The notes under the pieces: model-generated
Told to the model about the DNA's origin: nothing
What the model saw: only the letters and a program-made list of their open reading frames with translations
Database searches by the model: none
Program-made: the position numbers and the translations under genes
Part shown: one piece after another, positions 1 to 7,096 of the stretch
How positions within the stretch are numbered: the stretch's first letter is position 1
How the letters are laid out: the number at the start of each line of letters is the position of its first letter
Assembly: GCA_965644295.1 (NCBI GenBank)
Contig: CBFFRP010000591.1
Coordinates: 1 to 11,785, forward strand
From: Paraphysomonas bandaiensis
Lineage: Eukaryota; Protista; Chrysophyceae
DNA length: 11,785 nt
Direction of reading: 5' to 3'

Positions 1-143
1 TAGGTAGGGGTTGTCCAGGAGGGAGGCCTCGGTAGCCTACTGGGTGATGTCAGAAGCTCACGGAAGAATACATTACAGCATCCTCTGGGTCATTAGGGTC
101 AAGCAAGGGATGAGTACTGGGGCTCTCTGACTGGTAGTAGGTA

Positions 144-1033
144 AACCCTAACCCTAACCCTAACCCTAACCCTAACCCTAACCCTAACCCTAACCCTAAC
201 CCTAACCCTAACCCTAACCCTAACCCTAACCCTAACCCTAACCCTAACCCTAACCCTAACCCTAACCCTAACCCTAACCCTAACCCTAACCCTAACCCTA
301 ACCCTAACCCTAACCCTAACCCTAACCCTAACCCTAACCCTAACCCTAACCCTAACCCTAACCCTAACCCTAACCCTAACCCTAACCCTAACCCTAACCC
401 TAACCCTAACCCTAACCCTAACCCTAACCCTAACCCTAACCCTAACCCTAACCCTAACCCTAACCCTAACCCTAACCCTAACCCTAACCCTAACCCTAAC
501 CCTAACCCTAACCCTAACCCTAACCCTAACCCTAACCCTAACCCTAACCCTAACCCTAACCCTAACCCTAACCCTAACCCTAACCCTAACCCTAACCCTA
601 ACCCTAACCCTAACCCTAACCCTAACCCTAACCCTAACCCTAACCCTAACCCTAACCCTAACCCTAACCCTAACCCTAACCCTAACCCTAACCCTAACCC
701 TAACCCTAACCCTAACCCTAACCCTAACCCTAACCCTAACCCTAACCCTAACCCTAACCCTAACCCTAACCCTAACCCTAACCCTAACCCTAACCCTAAC
801 CCTAACCCTAACCCTAACCCTAACCCTAACCCTAACCCTAACCCTAACCCTAACCCTAACCCTAACCCTAACCCTAACCCTAACCCTAACCCTAACCCTA
901 ACCCTAACCCTAACCCTAACCCTAACCCTAACCCTAACCCTAACCCTAACCCTAACCCTAACCCTAACCCTAACCCTAACCCTAACCCTAACCCTAACCC
1001 TAACCCTAACCCTAACCCTAACCCTAACCCTAA
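144..1033. repeat. Telomeric repeat tract 1, about 148 x CCCTAA (TTAGGG on the minus strand)
   Basis: Perfect hexamer array. The C-rich strand is on +, the orientation expected at a left chromosome end. Confidence 0.98.
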
Positions 1034-1038
1034 TCGAA

Positions 1039-1101
1039 TAACCCTAACCCTAACCCTAACCCTAACCCTAACCCTAACCCTAACCCTAACCCTAACCCTA
1101 A
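1039..1101. repeat. Telomeric tract 2, (TAACCC)10 + TAA
   Basis: Seen directly. Preceded by TCGAA and followed by TCGAATAG. Confidence 0.97.
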
Positions 1102-1109
1102 TCGAATAG

Positions 1110-1326
1110 TAACCCTAACCCTAACCCTAACCCTAACCCTAACCCTAACCCTAACCCTAACCCTAACCCTAACCCTAACCCTAACCCTAACCCTAACCCT
1201 AACCCTAACCCTAACCCTAACCCTAACCCTAACCCTAACCCTAACCCTAACCCTAACCCTAACCCTAACCCTAACCCTAACCCTAACCCTAACCCTAACC
1301 CTAACCCTAACCCTAACCCTAACCCT
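1110..1326. repeat. Telomeric tract 3, (TAACCC)36 + T
   Basis: Seen directly. Joins unit A1 at AACCCT|TCTATG. Confidence 0.97.
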
Positions 1327-1633
1327 TCTATGACATATGTATGTCATATCTATCATATTTCAAGAACTACAACGAGTTAGTGTAAAGTAAATACATCAGT
1401 AGATTCAGCGTACCCATATTACTCTTGTAAAATGACATCTACATATAGAGCCTTTTGTGAGAAGTTATAAGCGGTTAAAGCTCTCGTGCGCTCACAGAGC
1501 CGCATTCACTGTATTCTATGTATTCTACATCAGGAATGTAACGAGATAGTAAGAATATTTTGTATGATTGGCTGAAATATGTTTCTTGAGCAGATCCAAA
1601 CTTAAAAAGGGTAAGATAGTGGGGATCAGCCTA
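1327..1633. repeat. Subtelomeric unit A, copy 1 (307 bp, left-truncated relative to copy 2)
   Basis: Near-identical to 1726-2040. Differences are a 5-bp indel (AATGAC vs AATGTTATGAC) and a short variant before GGGGATCAGCCTA. Confidence 0.95.
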
Positions 1634-1690
1634 TAACCCTAACCCTAACCCTAACCCTAACCCTAACCCTAACCCTAACCCTAACCCTAA
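1634..1690. repeat. Telomeric tract 4, (TAACCC)9 + TAA
   Basis: Seen directly. Followed by TCGAATAGC. Confidence 0.97.
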
Positions 1691-1699
1691 TCGAATAGC

Positions 1700-2040
1700 A
1701 TTTTTGTCGCGAAGGGAGAAAACCTTCTATGACATATGTATGTCATATCTATCATATTTCAAGAACTACAACGAGTTAGTGTAAAGTAAATACATCAGTA
1801 GATTCAGCGTACCCATATTACTCTTGTAAAATGTTATGACATCTACATATAGAGCCTTTTGTGAGAAGTTATAAGCGGTTAAAGCTCTCGTGCGCTCACA
1901 GAGCCGCATTCACTGTATTCTATGTATTCTACATCAGGAATGTAACGAGATAGTAAGAATATTTTGTATGATTGGCTGAAATATGTTTCTTGAGCAGATC
2001 CAAACTTAAAAAGGGTAAGATGTGGGTGGGGATCAGCCTA
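1700..2040. repeat. Subtelomeric unit A, copy 2 (315-bp shared part 1726-2040 plus about 26 extra bp on the left)
   Basis: Direct repeat of 1327-1633, ending in the same GGGGATCAGCCTA-TAACCC junction. Confidence 0.95.
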
Positions 2041-2257
2041 TAACCCTAACCCTAACCCTAACTCTAACCCTAACCCTAACCCTAACCCTAACCCTAACCC
2101 TAACCCTAACCCTAACCCTAACCCTAACCCTAACCCTAACCCTAACCCTAACCCTAACCCTAACCCTAACCCTAACCCTAACCCTAACCCTAACCCTAAC
2201 CCTAACCCTAACCCTAACCCTAACCCTAACCCTAACCCTAACCCTAACCCTAACCCT
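2041..2257. repeat. Telomeric tract 5, 36 units + T, with one TAACTC variant at 2059-2064
   Basis: Seen directly. Confidence 0.97.
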
Positions 2258-2270
2258 TCTCTGGATGCAT

Positions 2271-2334
2271 CTAACCCTAACCCTAACCCTAACCCTAACC
2301 CTAACCCTAACCCTAACCCTAACCCTAACCCTAA
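2271..2334. repeat. Telomeric tract 6 (innermost), C + (TAACCC)10 + TAA
   Basis: Seen directly. Preceded by the insert TCTCTGGATGCAT and followed by TCGAATAGC. Confidence 0.97.
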
Positions 2335-3650
2335 TCGAATAGCCAATCGTTGCATTTAAGATCTACATATATGTATAGAGCTACTTTACTATGACTAGTA
2401 CTTATACAAGCAAGTTCACATCGACTATAACGATATCATATTATTATTATTATAAATATCTACATGACAACACACAGATACACATACCTTCAGAACGCTC
2501 GTATATATATGCATACACAAACACACAGATGACATATTCTCATACATAAAGTCAAGAGTACATATATTCGAACACTGACGCTTATATGTAGCATAGTAGG
2601 TAATATATATAATAAACCTCGTACACCCATATAAACCTAGTAAACATAAGGGAAACGTAGTACACACATGTGCATATAAAGTACACACAAAGGTAATATA
2701 TATGTATAGACATAAAACATACACATTCACACAAGTCGCGTGGAGAGGTAGTTCAGGACAAAGTCTTGAGAATAGCCAACAAAGACTAGACATGTATAGA
2801 CTTTCAACAATCATCAGCTGCACTCGCCGTAAAGCCCATTTAAATCGACAAGTATGGCAACAATGGCATTGTAGATGTAACAAGACCCCAATAAAGCTGA
2901 ATGAGTGCAATATATTAGGTATCCTACATATATGATATGAGTGAACACTGCTTGCTGTGACCCTACAGCACCCTAACATGGGTGCCTGCAACCAACAAGC
3001 TAGTCAAGGGTATTTGCAACATTAATCATTGTACAACGCACAAGGAAGCCCAGAAAGTGCCAAATCTCTTTCTACCAAATAAATATCGCTTATCTTCCAT
3101 TCGATAAGTCGGTTCCGACACTGATAAGCTGACTCGGATGGTGACAAGGTAGCATGTCCACATAATTTCTACGGACGGCAGTGGTGCACTTAAATCTAAT
3201 CAAATTGGTTGATATGCCATATCAATGCCCTCCATCCATCGATATGGCATATTATTTTGGCGCATTTCAAATTTCTGGTGAATGTATGACCTGATGTGCA
3301 CTGTATGGACCCCTCCTCCCTATGGACAAATACTGACCGGCACAGAATCCAAGCCACAGAGATGATACGTGATCCCCCCACACCCTCTCACCTCTCCAAA
3401 CGCTTTGTCTGCAGAAGTAAGTCGAATATAGAGTCTCAGTAGTGGTTAGTGTATCCCACTGCTCTGCATATAGCGATCAATAGCCATCCTGAGGACGCAG
3501 GGCTCCTCTGTCTAATCACTCGAGACACAGGCAGGGTGTGATGGTAAAAATGGCTGCATATAATGTTGACATACTCCATTGTAAAGACAGTGTGTGTCTC
3601 TGATTGTATTGGTGTATGTTGTGGTTAGTTGTGGTGTTGGAGTTAATGTC

Positions 3651-3790
3651 ATGTATGTATGTATGTATGTATGTATGTATGTATGTATGTATGTATGTAT
3701 GTATGTATGTATGTATGTATGTATGTATGTATGTATGTATGTATGTATGTATGTATGTATGTATGTATGTATGTATGTATGTATGTATGT
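3651..3790. repeat. (ATGT)35 tetranucleotide microsatellite
   Basis: Perfect 140-bp array. It explains the MYVC/HTYI ORFs. Confidence 0.97.
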
Positions 3791-4184
3791 GCATATCCGT
3801 TCAAGGGGGGGGGGGAATGGATGAGAAAATGGGGGGCGATTTTTTTGAGGGGGCCGATTTTCTTTCGTTATAGGTATTGTGTTTTTTCGTATGGAACATG
3901 AGTGTAGAGCTTTGAAATTGTGGTCAAATTGTCCACAATTTTTTTATTTCGAGTCAGTCCGACAAGTGGAGGGCTGGTCCACTTTGCATTGTCCACTGCT
4001 TGCTTATATAATCAGCATTCTCATTCGACTCCTATCGTCTTATTCTTACATTGTATGCATTGCAATTTAATTGTTACATGAATTGTATTTCTGTATAGGA
4101 ACGTAGTTGTCCCTGACATGTTCATATCATTTATGCCTTTATAATCCGTATATACACTCATAAAAGTATAACTTCCAAACTAAG

Positions 4185-6209
4185 ATGACTGAAATTTGTG
4201 GTGAGGACATATCAGCTTCAACTGACTTGGAGGATGTCACTGTATCAATGAAGAAACTCCACATTGACCACACAGGAATAGAGTTGATCCATAGAAGGCC
4301 AACTGTGGAAGAAGCATTCGGGGAGGACTGCCGTCTCTGTCCCCAAAGCCGAGATACTCAAATCAGCCAAATTTTAAGAAGAATAAATGAAATGAGTGTA
4401 CGTTTGAGAAAGAAGAAATGTGGCTCCTTATATTTCCATGCTTCACCTGGAGTGGGAAAGACTTTTTTGTTGTCCCGGTTGTACAGTTTAAAAGTACCGG
4501 ATACTCATTTCTTTGTTGCAGACTTCAACAGAAATTGCTGTGATGATGCAGCAGCACATAAAGACACATTTTTGCACGACCCTGAATTCTTTATTCTACT
4601 TCGACTTTATTACGTTGAGTGCGTAGATCAATCAAAGCGCACCTGGATTGCATTTATCAACAAAGTTATAGAAAACCTAAGAACAGTGGATGGGAAGGAG
4701 AGTTATAAAAATGATATTCGTAAAGCGTTGCGAGATAGAGTTGTACAATCCAGTTGTAGAATCTCTGTAATATTGGTCGATGAAATTCAGAAAACGGAGC
4801 GCATATGTCGGGGATCTGATGGAATTAATTTTTCTAATCAATGCCGTTCTTATTTATGCCGATTGGTCGATGATTACAGAGACATATGCAGTCTTGTTAT
4901 CTTTTCCTCAGTGGACGTTTCATTTATGATGGATGAAACTACAGCTTCCGGGCGCCCTATGAACTCGGTGTGCAGGTTGCCCCTCTTGACTTTTGAGCAG
5001 ACCCGCAACATTCTCCAAGCTGAAGTTCAATGCCTTTTTGTTGACGAAGAACATATTACTGTCAGTCGTGATCAGTATTTGGAACAATTGGCCGATGTGT
5101 GTGGTGGGCATGCAAGGTCGATCGAGTATGTTGTTTCTGTGTGCAACAACATCATCGATGCAGCCGACCGCAAGAGTATATCTGACATAATAGAGATTGC
5201 TTCGTACCAGCTCACAGGAGCCTATCGACATGTCAAAAATCACGACACTTTATTGAAAGCAATATTGCTGGGAAAAGAAGTTTCCGCAAGCGATCTCGTT
5301 GGTGATGAGACGTACGAGTCACTTGTGAACCGAGGTGTCTTATTGAACTCACTGGATGATGCGGGCTCGTCAAAATTCGTACCTATGTGTCCCGAATTGT
5401 TTCTGCATGCATGGACGCAACCAGGCAGTGGCTCGAATATCAGCGTAACGATGCGCCGCCTGCTTCGGCAGATACTTGAATTGCGTGGGAAATTTACTCG
5501 CAAGAGATTTGAGAATTTGCATTGTATTTGGGAGCAGTTGATTAGACTGGCCCGACCTGTTGAAGAGTATCGACGCGTATCGCTCCGAACTCTGTATTGT
5601 GTCACGAACTCAGATTACAACTGTGCGGATCGAGCAAGCGAAAATGCCACCCTCTGTCCGGTAGATGCTGCCGCAGAATTAACCCTGCTGTCATACAACA
5701 AAGGTGATATAGTGAATGCTCAACTAAATTCCATACTTTCTCCAAGTGACGATTATAATGTTGGCTGGGATCGATTAATATTTTATGAGGCATTCCCTTG
5801 CAAAGCGAAGCGAAAGCGGTTTACCCTTCCAGTATTCATTCAGAATATGTATAGTACGGAAGATGCAACAACAAAGCTTACTCTCGCAAAGGTGAAATCT
5901 GCTGTCAAGCATTGCCAAAATTTCCTCAGCAGTCAGTGTATATTCACTAACTGTCAGCTGATTCCGAAGAAGACAGGGTGGTTTAATTTTGGAAGCAATG
6001 AATTTCAATTTGTGTTGTTATTTATTGTTAAGCAGAAATCTCATGGCAACACTACATCTGATGCGCCGTCAAATGTGATATTCTGTTTTGAAGAAGATTT
6101 AAAGATCTTATATGGAAAGACTTTGTCAGGATTTGTAAAATTCCTTGTTCCAGATTCGACTATCTATGCTGCAACTGAAATCGAGCATAGCGATGAAACC
6201 CAAGGATAA
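4185..6209 (+). CDS. P-loop NTPase with C-terminal restriction-endonuclease-fold-like domain; Crinkler/CR-effector (CR-NTPase + CR-REase)-type multicopy protein, 674 aa
   Basis: Long uninterrupted ORF. Walker A HASPGVGKT (~4437-4463), Walker B ILVDE (~4770-4784), then SGRP, LPLL and a GGHAR motif typical of STAND-like/CR NTPases. The C-terminal N-x-G-W-D...F-I-Q-x-M-Y-S resembles a PD-(D/E)xK site. Family assignment is by motif recognition only. Confidence 0.8.
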   Translation: MTEICGEDISASTDLEDVTVSMKKLHIDHTGIELIHRRPTVEEAFGEDCRLCPQSRDTQISQILRRINEMSVRLRKKKCGSLYFHASPGVGKTFLLSRLYSLKVPDTHFFVADFNRNCCDDAAAHKDTFLHDPEFFILLRLYYVECVDQSKRTWIAFINKVIENLRTVDGKESYKNDIRKALRDRVVQSSCRISVILVDEIQKTERICRGSDGINFSNQCRSYLCRLVDDYRDICSLVIFSSVDVSFMMDETTASGRPMNSVCRLPLLTFEQTRNILQAEVQCLFVDEEHITVSRDQYLEQLADVCGGHARSIEYVVSVCNNIIDAADRKSISDIIEIASYQLTGAYRHVKNHDTLLKAILLGKEVSASDLVGDETYESLVNRGVLLNSLDDAGSSKFVPMCPELFLHAWTQPGSGSNISVTMRRLLRQILELRGKFTRKRFENLHCIWEQLIRLARPVEEYRRVSLRTLYCVTNSDYNCADRASENATLCPVDAAAELTLLSYNKGDIVNAQLNSILSPSDDYNVGWDRLIFYEAFPCKAKRKRFTLPVFIQNMYSTEDATTKLTLAKVKSAVKHCQNFLSSQCIFTNCQLIPKKTGWFNFGSNEFQFVLLFIVKQKSHGNTTSDAPSNVIFCFEEDLKILYGKTLSGFVKFLVPDSTIYAATEIEHSDETQG

Positions 6210-6333
6210 GTAGATTATTAGCTCGGAGATTGTCAATTAGCCTCTAGAATGAAATGACAGTTGTATTAAGATTCATTGATTCACTTATATCTCTTAACGC
6301 GTGAATACGACACATGAAGTTGATGTGATTACC

Positions 6334-7096
6334 AAACCTGGTGAAACGGTCTAAACCTGGTGAAATTTGAATATGTCGATTTAAGGTGAGTGCGTTTACC
6401 AGTAATAATAGAAGCAGAATCAACTACACCAGAGTCTACCCACTCCTTAGTGGGGATTTAATTCCCCTGGAATGCTGCCTCTTTTACTGGAGGGGATATC
6501 GGTGGGTGTAAAACCATCACAGTTCCGGACGACAACTCGTGGAGGTATATTCCTTGCGCCGGCAGAGTAAAACACAAGCCGTTGCCTTGACCCTCGTAAT
6601 TCTGTCTGCATGGGATCCATATAGCCCTCCGCGTATTCCTCTATCTCTAGATTCCACTTCAAAATCGGACACTCCAGTACCACTGAATAGGACATCCCTT
6701 AGTGGAATAAATAACCCACCGATTTCGTTGTGGCAGTGATACTCTTGGGAGAAATCTCCAGCCACTCTTTCCATTCGTCGGCCACCTTCGGCTTTTGCTT
6801 CGAATACTGCTCTATCATTTTCTTGCACAGAGCTGAAGTTGACTCAAAAGATCCAGCTATGACGGGGGCTGGGGAAAAGTCACTGTTTGGAAAATTCTTC
6901 AAGCAGTTCAAGGGCTAGAGGATAATTCTGCACTTCACAAAGTTGAGCAAGGAGGCCACAGAGAGACTGCTGGTCAGTGTCTTCGACAATTTCGATGTAT
7001 TTCTCTGAGGCATATGCCCGATATGATGTCTTCACGCCGAGAGACACTAAGTCGGTGTGATCGTGAAACCTGGTAAAATGATTTCACCAGGTTTCA
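6334..7096. mobile_element. Putative non-autonomous DNA element remnant delimited by AAACCTGGTGAAA motifs
   Basis: The motif occurs at 6334-6346, 6353-6365, 7066-7078 (1 mismatch) and inverted at 7082-7094. No target-site duplication was identified. Confidence 0.4.
6447..7063 (-). pseudogene. Degenerate coding fragment, possibly derived from a transposable element
   Basis: The minus strand reads ...SLGVKTSYRAYASEKYIEIVEDTDQQSLCGLLAQLCEVQNYPL, then after an apparent frameshift near 6915 LNCLKNFPNSDFSPAP...VADEWKEWLEISPKS. A further stop or frameshift occurs near 6700. There is no start context. The segment is GC-richer than its flanks and bracketed by repeated motifs. Confidence 0.5.

Noticed and set aside
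1034-2343. CRISPR-like repeat/spacer interpretation of the interrupted array
   Set aside because: The repeats are telomeric tracts of variable length, the intervening segments are duplicated or irregular, there are no cas genes, and the context is eukaryotic.
1030-2355. ORFs 1030-1356, 2022-2342 and 2038-2355 (RV, LT and LG dipeptide repeats)
   Set aside because: They are translations of telomeric hexamers, with no evidence of coding function.
2425-2991. 188-aa minus-strand ORF and overlapping 77-aa ORF
   Set aside because: Low-complexity CA/TA-rich DNA giving Cys/Tyr/Val-biased translations, with non-ATG or weak starts and no motifs.
3516-3901. MYVC/HTYI repeat ORFs
   Set aside because: Products of the (ATGT)n microsatellite.
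4920-6008. Short ORFs overlapping the 674-aa gene
   Set aside because: Shadow ORFs of a well-supported CDS.
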